Shown one piece after another: positions 1-14,405 of a DNA stretch of 64,000 nt (positions are counted from its first letter, which is position 1; the number at the start of each line of letters is the position of its first letter). Both the position numbers and the translations under genes were made by a program. Under the pieces are notes generated by a model that was not told the origin of the DNA, searched no databases, and saw nothing but the letters and a program-made list of their open reading frames with translations. The stretch is from Podarcis pityusensis (lineage: Eukaryota): the NCBI GenBank assembly GCA_964106645.2, contig OZ067038.1; one strand, written 5' to 3'.

Positions 1-1445
1 AGGACTCTTTTCACTACTGCAGCCCACTAAAACATATGCTAAAATGTTTGGTAGGTTCCCCAATCCTTTGGATAAGTTTTTTATGGGGGGAGGGACACAG
101 GGGGGGAGGAAAGATCTGTTGTGTGAACGGCTACCTTCCCTTCATACAACGTTGTATACAAATCCTGAAACCCTATAAACAGTATTGGGCCACAGTAGGC
201 AGAATTAAACCTAGGTTAGTTACATTACATAGTTATGAACTCAAGTAGTCAGAGCAATACGCATATTCTCACTTGGGACATCCATATGGTAAGATTTCCT
301 CCCCTCTGAGCATGCCAAATCTAATCAACTGGTAAATTTGAAGTGGTCACATGCCCCCTATTTTTAGAATTAGAAAGCAGGCTCTATGGCTCCCACATCA
401 TCCTGCTGTACTTGATTTAGCACACTATTAAGCACCTACTTAATTTTTCTAAAATGACAACTCCTCCATTCAGAGGGATGGAGAGAGACAGAGAGACAGA
501 GAAAGAGGTTTACAACTTGTTGTGGGAGGCAAGTAAGGCATTATAATTCTTCTTGTCTAAAAAACACTTTTTTATTCTGATTGCCCTATTTTATTTCTTT
601 TGTAATATTTGTTGTTCTTTTTTTTACTCTTTTGAAACTACCCTATAAATTCTGATCAACCACTGAAGGATAAAATATAAATTTTATAAATGAACAAATG
701 GCTCAAAAAGCACACTTTGGTCCATTACTGATATTTGGAGTGTCTCTAGAATCCATCAGAGACATAAATAAAATAATAAATAAATAAATATCAGGGGAAA
801 TTTATGACAGTGCCCTGTGAATGTCCAATGTGGATAAGGGAGACACACAGAGAAGTATTCCTGGTGGGTGCTCTCCAGTTACCCAGCCTGAGCTTGGGAC
901 ATTTTCCAAAAGCTATATCAAACATATTTAGCAATCAGTGATGAGAGCTGGGTTATTTTAGTTAGCCATTTGGCAGAGCGATCCTGTCGTATAGGCAAAG
1001 CAACTACCAGATTCACTGAACTGATGTTTCACTATGGTCAAAGCAGGAAACGGGGGTGGGGGGGAGACAGCTTTATCCCTCACACTGACTGCAATGAAAG
1101 GCAATTGACTATGCCAGCCCTGGGGTACTCTCAATTCCATGGACATGTTGGGAATTGAGGGGGCTTTGCAACTGGCAGAGCCACACCTGCTCCCACAAAC
1201 CTGGTTTTCTCTGGGACATCTACACAGCTGATACTTCCTTCCTAGACACCGGTCTACTTCTGGCAGTGTGTCACCCCTGGATGGATCTCCTGCTACCCTA
1301 GTGGAGTGGAACTTATTCTGCTTTCTAAGGCATTTCATCTGGCTTTCTGGTAGGGCTTGAATTGCAAATTTATATATAATTGGCTTGATTAGAAAGCAAC
1401 ATGAACATAAGCCACCTGCACAGCCCTCTAAAGTTTTACATTACA

Positions 1446-1519
1446 ATATTATATTATATTATATTATATTATATTATATTATATTATATCATATCATATA
1501 TCATATTATATTATATTAT
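1446..1519. repeat. (ATATT)n microsatellite
   Basis: Tandem atatt/atatc units read directly. Confidence 0.95.
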
Positions 1520-2569
1520 GCCATATATCTTCCTCCCATATTAACCCTCCAATCTGTATGTATATTACAACTTCTGTATTCTACTTGTGGAATGGGGGGG
1601 GGCAGGGTAATCACCAAAGCTTCTGCTCATACTGGTAGGATCACCAAAAGTATTGACTTGTAGCAAGATTTGGGAAGAAGAGAGTGCGTCAGCAGGTAGG
1701 ATTCATATAGATTCAGCTTTTGCATTCAACATATGTATCATTATGCGTTTACCCCAACAAAGGGCCAAGTCTGACGTAGAAGTCAAATCAATATAGTTTT
1801 TTATTCCTATTAATTTTTGTTATTTTCTGTACTGGTCTTAGAGTAATTTCCAGACATATAGGAATAAAAAATTTTAATGCAACTATTACTGGCTACTTAT
1901 CTTCCTTGTTTTAGAGAAGGGAAACAATTGCAATCAGGATGAGCAATAGAATTGAGCAGGTTTCTTAGGTTGGTGGTTTACTGGAGTTTCTTTGTGGGTT
2001 TTGGTTGGGTTTTCATCTTTCATCTTTCCTCATTCATTGACAATATTTAAATCAGCATCTTTTTAATGAATGAGCATATAAAAATAGCCAATTACCACTT
2101 TTTTGCCTATGAAATAGCACCCCTAGTCTATTTCATATATGGCTTCGTCCCCTGTTCTAGCAACTGCTCCAGGGGGGGAAGACCACACTTGCAAAACTAT
2201 AATTTACAAGTTAAGACACAATGTCAGTGTGATCTGAAGCATGTCTACTCAGAAATAAGTCTAATTTAGTTCAGTACGGCTGACTCCCAGTGTGCACAGG
2301 ACTATAGCCTCTGTAACTGAACAATGTATTTCCATTTTGGTACTTTTCTTTAAGGAAGAAAATTTTATAAATTCCACATACCTCTTCCTTTTAATCATTA
2401 TCAAATTGCTTCATTCCACTACAAGTTCAATCACACCAAAAACAGAAGGTGATGCTGAAGAATATTTGTTGGCACTGAAGCAGCAAATTCCTGCAAAATG
2501 TGCCTGACTGCCCATGCAGATCATGACCAACATCAGTTAAACATAGCTGCTACCCTTAGCTCAAGTAAG

Positions 2570-2656
2570 GCTGCAATCCTAACCATACCTACTCAGAAGC
2601 AAGTCCAACTGAATTCAATGGGCTTACTCCCAGGTAGGTGACGACAGGAGTGCAGC
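2570..2656. mobile_element. Short (~90 bp) hairpin/MITE-like ancient repeat
   Basis: Inverted ends gctgcaatcct...aggagtgcagc around a ctactcagaag..aagtcc..tgaattcaatggg core. Related copies at ~2225-2310, ~33005-33093, 34616-34697 and ~45531-45622. Confidence 0.7.
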
Positions 2657-3680
2657 ATAGCATATGAAATGTATGTTTACAAACCTATGAATGAAGGGTT
2701 GCTTGTAAAAATAAATTGCACTGACTAAATACTTTTTAAAAAAATCAAAAGTGATAATAGCATTTACATTGACAACTGCAAGGATTTTTTTATTGATTAC
2801 AATAAGCTATCAAGATAGTATATAACAGGAAGCCTAACAGCAAAATATAAGATTTCAGTTTTGAAATAACTCTTTTAACTCCATTTGGGGGGGGGGGGAT
2901 GATACTTTATATTTCATTTTGTTTAATCTGTTCAGTATGAAATTCCAGGCTGCAGAACAGTCTTCTCTGAGTCTTTATGTAAATAATATTAAGAGCTTGC
3001 TGGTAAATATTCAAAATGTACTAACTGAAAAATTTATGTTGCCATACTTACTATCAAGTAACAGAACACACTTCATTAAAAGGCAAAATATCACAAAAAG
3101 AAAATTGTGATATTTTTGCCTTTTAATGAAGCTCAAATAAGCTTAATTCCTTAATATTTCAAAAATAAATTACTTTCTTTTCACTTTTTGTTGTGATTCA
3201 TTTAATACAATAGTTTTCCCAGTAAAATATTTGCAAGTGCTCTAAAGAGTTAAAAATTGAATGCTTTAGGGAGAGTTGCCATACCTCACAAAACTCCAAA
3301 ATTAAAGGAAGGACTCTAAATACACTGTCTTCCCAAAACAAAATAGAACATAAAAAGAAAGGTTATTGTCATTTCTAAAATGTTTAAGTTGAGTTGACAG
3401 TCCTGAGTCGGTTTAAGCAGCACTCAGAGAGTGATGGACAAAATAACAGCCACTAATAATAGACACACACATATAACACTCACACAGGATGGTTGTTCTT
3501 CGACTTCTGTCTTGCTGTCTTCTACCACCTCAGCCAGCACTTCAGAACTTGATGGCATAACACCTCTGACAACACCTCAGACACCTTCCCAGATCACAAA
3601 GAACCACTGTCAAGTGTCAGGAAATCACTTTGAATTAACCTCATCCAACTCTCAGGGTACCCCAGCTATCCATAAGGAGC

Positions 3681-3728
<48 letters not shown>
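3681..3728. repeat. (CAG)n microsatellite
   Basis: About 16 pure GCA/CAG units. Confidence 0.95.
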
Positions 3729-3729
<1 letters not shown>

Positions 3730-3840
3730 CCAGTTCGTGGCACAAAGGACTGACAACTCTCTTCAGCGATTAAAGTTGATAAAGACATAAAAGCAAGTGG
3801 AAGACATAAAGGAATTGGGGGCCTGTTGGGAGACACAGAG

Positions 3841-4281
3841 NNNNNNNNNNNNNNNNNNNNNNNNNNNNNNNNNNNNNNNNNNNNNNNNNNNNNNNNNNNN
3901 NNNNNNNNNNNNNNNNNNNNNNNNNNNNNNNNNNNNNNNNNNNNNNNNNNNNNNNNNNNNNNNNNNNNNNNNNNNNNNNNNNNNNNNNNNNNNNNNNNNN
4001 NNNNNNNNNNNNNNNNNNNNNNNNNNNNNNNNNNNNNNNNNNNNNNNNNNNNNNNNNNNNNNNNNNNNNNNNNNNNNNNNNNNNNNNNNNNNNNNNNNNN
4101 NNNNNNNNNNNNNNNNNNNNNNNNNNNNNNNNNNNNNNNNNNNNNNNNNNNNNNNNNNNNNNNNNNNNNNNNNNNNNNNNNNNNNNNNNNNNNNNNNNNN
4201 NNNNNNNNNNNNNNNNNNNNNNNNNNNNNNNNNNNNNNNNNNNNNNNNNNNNNNNNNNNNNNNNNNNNNNNNNNNNNNNNN
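3841..4281. other. Assembly gap (N run)
   Basis: Run of N. Confidence 1.
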
Positions 4282-4586
4282 AAAGCCAGCAAGGGAAGGA
4301 CAGGAATGCCAACGAGAAAATATCACAAGTTTTTCTGTTTGAGAGGATACAATAAGGAGATGGGTGAAAAGAAGCTCTAAGAATAAAGTCTAAAAGACAA
4401 GCCAAAAAGCTAAACAATTGTTAATTATAAAAGAGCTAATTTTGTCCGAGACAGGAAAGAGCAGAACACTGGGGGTCACTGAATAGAAATATGAAAGGAA
4501 GGAGCCCATTCTCAAGCACAGTTCTTCAACAATGTCTTTATTTCTCTAGGCTGGACCTCATGAGATCATCATTGGCATGAAAGGCT

Positions 4587-4587
<1 letters not shown>

Positions 4588-4620
<33 letters not shown>
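4588..4620. repeat. (CA)n microsatellite
   Basis: Read directly. Confidence 0.95.
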
Positions 4621-4622
<2 letters not shown>

Positions 4623-6988
4623 GCGGGGGGGACTTGGTCTGGTACTACTATAGTTTGGACATCTGGAATGTCAGCACACAGTGCACTACTTTCTCCAAAG
4701 TATCTTTATTCCTCTTTCCAAAAATAGGCATCCTCGCCAGTTTTAGTCACTCAAACAGGAAAATGTACCGTTCAGAATGAAATGAAAAGCATTTTTGTTT
4801 CCTTATACTTCGGAACAAGTAATAAGATTTCTGTAGGGCCAAATTAAGGAAATGGTGTTTGACACATTGTAGCTATAGATTAACAGTGCCTACTCTTTCT
4901 ACAGGGCTGGCAATTGTTTTGTGGTTATGACTGGTGCAAGTTTCAGGAATCAGTGGGGAATCTAAAAAACATGCCGAAGGGAGGGAAATTCAACTGTCTC
5001 AGTAATTGCTAATGCTCTAAATAGTAGAAAGAGACCACAAACCAGTGAAAGCCCAGTTAGAGTCAAATGACACATTACTTGCACATCATTTGGAAAACAT
5101 GAACAAAAACTCCTTGGTTTTGTTACATCCAGCTAAAGTAACAGTCTTCATTGTGTGCTAATCTGGAGCCAAACCAAGCCACTCCTAAGCAAATAATGCT
5201 TGGTAGATGCAAAAAGAGAGAGAAGATTACCAATTTCTTTATTTAGACAACCAAAACTATTTATTTCACTGATGAAATCACATAATAACATCTGTGCTTT
5301 AAACAGCCCTTTAAAACAAAGCCCGCAAAATACAGAAGTGTGCCAATAGGTCAAGAATAATAAAAGCAAGCATGCATATGGATTCAATGCGGAAGATTTA
5401 TTCAGCTTCAGTTAATGGTTTCTATAGAGATTGATGTCAATCTCTCTGGCCTTTCTTGTGTCAACAGTCAGTTACAACAGAGAAGATCATGGCTTTTGCC
5501 TTTGATTAGAAGAATCATCTTTCTGCAGTTTACTGAAGGTCACAGCATTTGCAACAAGTTCTCTCTTATTACAAGATCCTGTGTGTAATGTATACACTTG
5601 TGAAGCATACTGAAAAGAATTTATTTTATAAACATGGGTCAAAAAGGTTATTGAAGCTACAGTGAATTCCACCTTTTTCTTACTAACTTTTGTCTAGCAA
5701 TGTCTTTTGCACATTGCTCTGAAAATCTACGGAAACCTTCAAATGAGACTAATTAAGCTGTCAAAAGGTAACCGTGACACAGTACCACAATTTGTTAATA
5801 CTACTGCCAACTTTCGGTATGACATGACAAGACAGTGAATCATGCCCTTGTCTGCCATTAAAGTGTATTAATAAAGACAGTTCTCAGTATTTTGGGCACG
5901 GAATATCATACACAGGCAGGTTCTTCCTCCCCCCACCCAAGAGGTTATTTACATTGCATATGGGCTTGTGAGGAAGCAAAGGAAAAGACAGGACGATACT
6001 GTATAGAACAATTGTTGCTATCTAACATACTCACACACAAATAATGCTGGTTACAGAGACTTTCTATAAATATATGACAGATAAGTTTACAGAAATTCTC
6101 TGAAGACAACAGTCATAACAAGATACACATTGCTGCTGCTGTGACATCAGACTCCATTATTATCAACCTGGCACCTTGACACAAGAGAATCAGAAGCAGC
6201 AGAAGCTTGTAATGTAAACACTACTATTTGGCCATGCCTAATCTTGAGACTAATGTGATAATACATGATACAGGAGCTGGTGAATGGTATTATGACCACA
6301 GGAGTACCATAATGTCTGAACAGGGAGAAATCAATCCCCATGCATTTCTTTTGATACATATTCTTGCATATACTTTCTAACAGATGAAACATATTGTAAG
6401 GAAATTTTAAAATTAAGTTCATCATTATGTTCCATTCTCCTATTTAGTCCTGCCTAGCAATCAGCCCCACTCAGTGAGGCCACATCAGGATTGTGAGCAT
6501 TAATTGGAGCACCTTTCATATTACCTAAGGCCAGTGATTTGCAATGCATGAGATAGGTGTCCTTTTGGGATCTAGGGCAGGGTGCCCCGTTTTATGGCAG
6601 GAGTCAGTATACGTGCAGAGCCCTCATAACATTCAGTGAACACATATGAGCACAGTCCCTGATCATAGCAGGAGTGGGCCCAAGCTCCACAGTTCTACAA
6701 CCCTGCTCACACATATCTTCAACTTGTGTGGTGTCATTTGAACACACACCCCAGACCAATCAAATCAAATCATAACCTTACCACAATAGGCTTACCACTG
6801 GATTTTGTCCCTGTAAAAAGCAACAGCGGCATGCTGGATGGTTGCTATTTTGCCTCATTGGTGATAGGAGATGAAAGGAAGTTGGGGAGGGGGCAAAACA
6901 GAAGGCGGTGGATTTTTTTTCTCTAAGGAACACTAAAAGGTTTAATAAAGATTGCAGAAAGTGTGCAGGTGCCCCCTGGATGGTTATA

Positions 6989-7213
6989 CAGTGGTACCTC
7001 GGGTTACAAACGCTTCGGGTTACAAACTCTGCTAACCCGGAAGTAGTACCTCGAGTTATGAACTTTGCCCCAGGATGAGAACGGAAATCATGCACCAGCA
7101 GCATGGCGGCAGCAGGAGGCCCCATTAGCAAAAGTGCACCTCAGGTTAAGAATGGTTTTGGGTTAAGAATGGACCCCCAGAACGAATTAAGTTCATAACC
7201 CGAGTTACCACTG
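6989..7213. mobile_element. Tc1/mariner-Tigger-type MITE (225 bp)
   Basis: TIRs cagtggtacctcgggtta / taacccgagttaccactg flanked by TA on both sides; second copy at 11818-12043. Confidence 0.9.
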
Positions 7214-10028
7214 TAAGAACATCAGACCAACAAAAATTCTACAACAGAATTCTAGTATACCAATAAATCAAAGAGTGGGAGACTAGGGAAAAAAGAGATA
7301 GTATACAAGCAGTTGAATTCTCTATACAGATACTGCCAGAACTACAAATTCTCAATGCCTTATGCAAAGACAAAGTTGGGAGCTAAGCAATGCAAAGCAA
7401 CGTATGAGATATTTTCCACATTGCACCTCCATATACAGCTATCCAGATCTCAACTGTAAAACACATCCAAGTCTTACAGGAGAAATTTCAGCTAGGTGAT
7501 TCATGCTTATCACACCACTGAAAATGAACACCATCTGAAAAGTGTGCTCGATATCCTTCTGGGCTCTTTTTCTGCTTCCATCCACATGAACTCCCACTCA
7601 TCCTTCCATCATAAAGCACCCTCAAGTATAATAATGAATGGAATTCTCAGATTATTATTTTAGAGACTAAATGGATTCTCACTGTTTTTAATGGACTTAC
7701 ACAAAGAGGCTTTGTTACGTATTTTGCAATTTATATAAACAGGCTTGGAAAGAGTCAGTGTTTGTTTTTTTGTAATTAGCTGCACACATGTGTCAATTTA
7801 TTTCTAGCAGCTTTTAAGTCCTAGCAGCGATATTTCTTTTAAAATATCTGGCTTATGTTTTATCTTCAAAATGAAGTGGCTTTGAGTGTGGAAATGTAAA
7901 ACTAAACTTTTCCTAATACTTTTCCTCTCCGTGTTTCTACTTTTCCACTCCTTGTTTCCATTATTTAGCAAGGTGAACCATTTTTAAAAGGACCAGCATG
8001 GGATTGTTGCAGGGATAGCTTGATACCACATGTACTTTCCCTAGCAAGACAACTGAGTGAGTTATAGTTATAAACAATTGATACAGATCTTTATAGAGAG
8101 AGGGCACCTTTCTATTCACCACATGCTCCTCTTGCTAACTTATGAGCATACAAAAATGTATTGCATTTAAATTAGGGGTGGCTTGCATCACTTTTGCATG
8201 GATTCATTCATAAATCTGTTTTGCCCCATTTCTATATAAATCTGAAAGCTTTGTGTGTAATTTTAAAAACCATATTTGAACCTTCATGTTATTTCTGCAC
8301 ATATTTTTCAAAAAATATATGCATATGAAGGCACAAACATGAATTATTGTATATATTGAATATACATTTTGGTACATGTTTTAGTTGAAAGCTGCATCAC
8401 AAAATTCAGGGTACTGTGGAAACCAAAGGATAACTGCATTCTGATCCATGTATTAGTTCAAATGAAGTTGATTTGCTTGAAAATGCAGACCAAACAAAGT
8501 TCCTGAGCATCCCTAATTTTTGTCATGCATTACAGTAATAGAACAAACCCATAAAAGCACCACAAATTTAAAAGAGTACAAAGAATATAGATACTTGAAA
8601 CAAATGCATCATATTCTGTGACAACCAGCAAAAGAACCGCAGGTGTTTGGTGTCTTGCTACTTATTCTTCTGATGAGGCATGGGATTTCAGATCATAACA
8701 TGGCAAGTCCAACTCATCTGGACATAAGCACTTATTGAAACAGGGGGAAAGACATTCAAAACTTTTACCAGCATGTAAAATAATAGTGAGCAAAACACCA
8801 ACTTCCTCCAAATGTACCATTCCCATCATGAAATCTGCTCAGTGTCACTATACACCCACAAACACCAGTCTCTGTCTCTTATAATACATTTTCTAATCTT
8901 GTTCTCTGTGCCTCTGCGTTCTCAAACTGCTTTTACTATATGTGTCTTGGTGAAAATGTGTAGCTGTTTGCCTCGCCTTTATTTCTCTGCACATACAATA
9001 TGGCAGTGAAGCATTGAATCACTAGATCATACTTTATTTTTGTGATATATTATGCCTTTTGATGTCACGTTGACATCTAACTGATGTCATTTTTGCTTTT
9101 TTCGTCTTTGTTTTGTTTCAGAGTTCCAATAAAAAGAGGGTGTTTTTTTAAATAAAAAAAGCCTTTCGTGCTGATGAGTTAGAGTACTGACAGACATGAG
9201 CATCTCTTTTATGATGTATTGCCAAATAATTGACTATATTTCTAGCTTCAGTTGAATGTATAGAAAGCCTCCAGTTTCTAGGCAGTTCTTTGTATTTGCT
9301 GCATGGTGTAAGACTTCTGTAATTCAAGCATGCAACCTCAGCAGTACAATTTTATTTATCTAGAGATTAAAGATACAGAACATATTTCTTAAAAAAGGGC
9401 TTGACCCCCCCCAATTGACTGTCAAACACCAACTAGCCTTAAAGTGATGTAAAGCCACTGAACTCAACAAAACTGAAGGCCAACCCCCTGCTATTTCAAT
9501 AGAGGCGTATCTTAATGCTTAGCTGTGATAAGGAATATCATAGCACAGAAGCAAGCATATAATCCCTAAATCAATGGAAAATTTCTAATAGATTTAAATG
9601 TACCCAAATAGCATCTTTAAAATATACTCCCATATAAGGCCAAGGTGTGGGGGTTTTCTTAGATTTTGTAGGTATGTGAGTAAGTGGCACTCCACGTGTC
9701 CCTAAAAAAGGAAATGGGGAAAATTGGTTACTACCACATCCAAATACCCCCTAATTCAGTTTAATACATCAGAATATGGGAGACATATTTTGCACATTAC
9801 TCTTGTCCCATGTGTTCCATGTACACATAAATCAGCATCAGCATCATACCTGTACTCAATATTTTACTGTTGTTCAAGTAAGGAGCCTATGTAGGGTTGC
9901 CACCCATCCCTAGAAAAACATGCTCATCCTTTTTTTGGGAGAAAAAGGTCCCCTGTCCTGTTTGGATTTCAAACAGGGCACATTTTTTTCATATATTTAA
10001 GCTCCTCCTCCTCCTCCACCACCACCAC

Positions 10029-10705
10029 AAATATAGGAAGGGAGACACTTGGCTTACTGGCAGTACATGTGAAAAGGATCTAGGAGTGTTAGTGGACCAC
10101 AAGCTCAACAGTGTGAAGCAGCAGCAAAAAGGCTAATGCTACTCTAGGCTGCATCAACAGATGTATAGTGTCCAGATCAAGGGAACTAATAGTACCACTC
10201 TGCCTTGGTCAGTCCACACTTGGAATACTGTGTCCAGTTCTGGGCACCACAATTTAAGAAGGATGTTGACAACCAAGATTATCAAGGGTCTGGAAACTAA
10301 GCCTTATGAGGAGTGCTTGAAGGAGCTGGGTATGTTTAGCCTGGAAAAAAGGGGACTGAGAGGAGATATGATAGCCATCTTCAAATATCTTAAGGGCTGT
10401 CACATGGAGGAGGGAGCATGCATGTTTTCTCCTGCTCTGGAGGGTAGGACCTGAACCAATGGCTTCAAGTTGCAAGAAAGGAGATTCCAACTAAACATTC
10501 GGAAAAACTTTCTGACAGTAAGAGCTATTCAGAAGTGGAACAGATTCCTATGAGAGGTGGTGGACTCTCCTTCCTTGGAGGTCTTTAAACAGAGGTTGGA
10601 TGGCCATCTGTCATGGATGCTTTAGCTGAGATCCCTGCATTGCAGGGGGTTGGGCTAGATGACCCTTGTGGTCCCTTCCAACTCTAAGATTCTATGATTT
10701 TATGA
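10029..10705 (+). mobile_element. 5'-truncated CR1 LINE (ORF2 C-terminus and 3' UTR)
   Basis: Peptides STCEKDLGVLVDHKLN and YEECLKELGMFSLEKRGLRGDMIAIFKYLKGCH are typical of CR1 ORF2; ends ggtcccttccaactctaagattctatgattttatga (CR1 8-mer tail). Confidence 0.95.
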
Positions 10706-11817
10706 AAAACACCCCAGTCCTTGCTACACATCACTTCTCCATCTCAGTCACCTCTGGGCATTGGTAATCAGCTCTCATTACTATCTGTCCATTTGCTGAT
10801 AACATTCCCTTTTACATCACAGCGTTTATAATTTACAGTGTTCTGCAGCTACTATATATCATGAAACATCACTTCCTCTTTATAAAAAATATCATTTTTA
10901 AAGTGAACTCTAAGAGTGCTGCTCTTTTGCCTCTCTCCCATGGCTCCCATTCTTACTGTATCATTTTCTCTTTTGCACTTAAGCCCACAAATTAAATCCA
11001 AAGCAAACAGCAAAGGCAAATATCTTTAGAAGACCAGACAAATATTTAAAAAGCACAAAAAGAGACTTTACTTTTATCGCTAGATCTTCCTCCAACTTTT
11101 GTTTGTCAGGCAGGTTTCTCCCTTGTTTCTGCACTTCTTTTTAAGAGAATGCCACACTTGCAATGGTATGTTTTATAATCTACACAAAGTACATGAAGCT
11201 ATAAACAATAGCAACTGGATAACAAAGGTTGCAAATTTATATTGGGCATTTTATTACTTAGTGGTAGAGAAAGAGCTGACACTATAAAAGAGCCTGTTAT
11301 CTGATAATCTAACGCAAACACACCTTCAAACAATGTAAAAGCTAAACACTAGATACTTATGACCAAAAGCAAACAATATTATAATCAATACATCAGAGGT
11401 AAATGGCTAAAGTGGAAGACTCGAGTCCAAGGGCATATTTGGATGGTTAAGCAAGTGTCACAGGTGCCACCCGCTTCTGGCCACTTCAATCTTCAACCCC
11501 TGGATCACCTTCCAGAAAGGAAGAGTGAAAGTGAACACATATTCCCACTTCAATTCTCCAAGGGAGTTGGATAAAAGTTGGCTTCAGCAAAATTAATTTG
11601 AGAATTAAAAGTACAAAGAATCAAAAGAGGGAGTGGAAAAGAGCATTCTTCCTTCAGCCCCATGTTTTTTTAATAGAGAAAAGGGTAATCACCCTTTCTA
11701 CCTCATGATGAAGAGGGCAGTGAGGAGGGCCCAGGAGCTTCATGGTCACTAGGAGAAGATCTCAGGGATGCCACTACACCCATGCGTGCCATGTTGATGA
11801 CCCCGCCTTTCATAGTA

Positions 11818-12043
11818 CAGTGGTACCTCGGGTTACAAACACTTTGGGTTACAGACTCCACTAACCCAGATGTAGTACCTCGGGTTAAGAACTTTGCCCC
11901 AGGATGAGAACAGACATCGCACAGCAGCGGCATGGCAGCAGCGGGAGGCCCCATTAGTTAAAGTGGTACCTCAGGTTAAGAACGGTTTCAGGTTAAGAAC
12001 AGACCTCTGGAACAAATCAAGTTCATAACTAGAGGTACTACTG
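11818..12043. mobile_element. Tc1/mariner-Tigger-type MITE (226 bp), same family as 6989-7213
   Basis: TA|cagtggtacctcgggttac ... ataactagaggtactactg|TA; colinear with the first copy. Confidence 0.9.
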
Positions 12044-14359
12044 TACAGAAGATTGCATAATAAAACACACACACACACACACACGTTGTATGAGAAATAC
12101 CTGTTGAAAATATTTTCCGTGAAACACACATACCCATGATGGGAAGCCAGCTTTGGAGTCAATATGGCCAAGTGCTGGCCTACATTGCTTCCATCAGCTG
12201 CACATATCAGCACAGAGAAAACTGTGCACATGGAGAGTGGGTACTCAATATTGTTACATTCTTATTTAATTTGCTGTTGCCACAAACTTCTTTAAAAGGG
12301 AGTAAGTTTTACTGCCACAAACACTGAGAAATAATGCCTTTTGTTTGTCACCCTCGGTGATTTAATTAGCAAGAAAATAGCGGTCTGGTCTTCCCACATA
12401 TTGCTGCCATTTTTCTGTTAAGTTCTTATTTAATACATAAGACAGGGCTACTCATTTGTAGGCCCAGAACAAGAAGAGGCTGCTTGTTGCACAACACGTT
12501 AACATACAACTGCATAGAAAAATGAAAGTAACTACAAGGACAAGCTAAAGGATGGGGTCTTAGCTCCAACCCATAATAAATGGAGACAATGTTTTATTCT
12601 GTCATTACTACAGATATCTGCACACATGTGATCCACAAAACTAACATTGGGGATATATTCCAAAAGGCAATATATTAGGACCAACCAAGATGTCTCAGAA
12701 GTGGGGTAAGCTTCTGAGTTCTCCAGAATTGTTCATCAGGCAAAATATAACAACTGTAATTTTTAGAGATTCCTTTTATTATGGACCAACACAGCTCCCT
12801 ACACTTTTTATTGTGCATATATGTTCTACGGCACTACTGCAGTTCATTGCTGAGTGCAAACATAGGGCAAACTCCGGTCTGTTTCCAATAGTGTGTAAAA
12901 AGCCCCTTTCCTGGTTTGTTTTCAAAAAGGCACAAGTCATAAATACGCAGCAGGATTTCCATCTACATAGCTAAAATAGGTGAGCAGTTAAATGTAGAGG
13001 ATGAGAGCAAGCAAGGTCAAAGAAGCTATTAAAGAAGGCTTCCTGCAGAAAATGTAATCCTTGTCCAAACGAGGAGAACAAAAGGAACACAAATGTTGGC
13101 AAAAGAAATGCAAGCGAAAAATAAGGGGTGCAAAAAATCCTACAGACTTCCCATAGACTTCTGGACTAGATAGGCCTTTGGTCTGATACAGAAAGCTCTT
13201 CTGATATTCTTATGAAAGAATGAAGTAATACACAGATACAAATACTTAAAATATTGCATTCCTATAAATCATAGTAATTTGAAAATATTATTGTAAAGAA
13301 CATGGTTATAAAGATGTTCAAATGGCACAGAAAGAGCCTGTTAAATCTCCAATTCATTAGTTTAAACATTCCCAGATCAATACCAAACAAATGATATGGC
13401 CAGCTGGTTATTTAACAATCAATAACTGCAGATATCTAAACATTTACTATGGAGCAGTTATCTCCCTGAAATCAGTATGATTACTCAAGAATAAGCAGTT
13501 CATGAACTGCAACCACTATACGAATTTAATAGATGGCCTCGACAAAATGTCACATTAAAGAAACTTGCAAAAAATGCCTCAAGAGCAACATGAAACTCAG
13601 CCAGTGGACATCCTTTGTTGCAGCTTCATGCTTGAGGCAAGCATGAGCTTTTATCAATATTCCCATGACTAGGATTTCTATAGCTGCTCTATAGTCTAGC
13701 AACTCTGATGGAGAGGGAGACACTGCTGTACAGATTTCAAAAGATTACAATGACTGTGCAGACCATTCTTACCTATACTGTCATCAAGGCTATGGGGTAA
13801 ATGGGTGGCAAAAGTGACAAAGTCTAACTCTTGAATTACCATTTGGATGACTATACTCCTTCACAACTAAGACCTGAAGTTTTATTTTAACAGTCTGCAG
13901 ATTTACTACAATAATCTCCAATTGGATGGAGGCAGCCGCTAATACTTATTTAGTAGTGAAAACTGAATTTTCACCACTTGGTGTAATGCTTTCTTCTCTA
14001 TTTACTGATAAATAGTTTCAGTAATGAGGCTAGATGAAAGCAAATATCTCTATATTTTCTTGTTTAAAACTTCAGTCCAAGAAAATGGAAAGTGTTCTAT
14101 GCTGTAGCAAAACATTCCTCTTAACAAGAAGAAAATGTAAGAATATAATAGTTGCCTTACGTACATGTGGCAAACAAAATATCTGAACTGGGAATTTACC
14201 CAATTATACCCTATACTCTGAACCGCTACTTTACATAGCTTACACAGAACTGCAGCACATGTGCATGCTATTTTATGGATATATAAATTAATTTTGTGTA
14301 GCAGTTTGTAACGCGGGCCAGGATTTATTCATTTTAATTAGTTGCATGCTAAAATACGC

Positions 14360-14360
14360 T

Positions 14361-14394
<34 letters not shown>

Positions 14395-14405
14395 ACACAC
14401 ACACA
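14360..14405. repeat. (TG)n(CG)n(CA)n compound microsatellite
   Basis: Alternating purine-pyrimidine run, partly self-complementary. Confidence 0.9.

Noticed and set aside
3431-3790. Poly-Ser ORF and antisense poly-Cys
   Set aside because: Produced by the (CAG)n microsatellite; no exon or homology support.
3666-4417. Long ORFs of 181-215 aa (also 51760-52350)
   Set aside because: Artefacts of reading through N gaps.
5487-6425. Coding-looking stretches, with an acceptor-like site near 5610
   Set aside because: No recognisable protein and no phase-consistent continuation from the other exon candidates.
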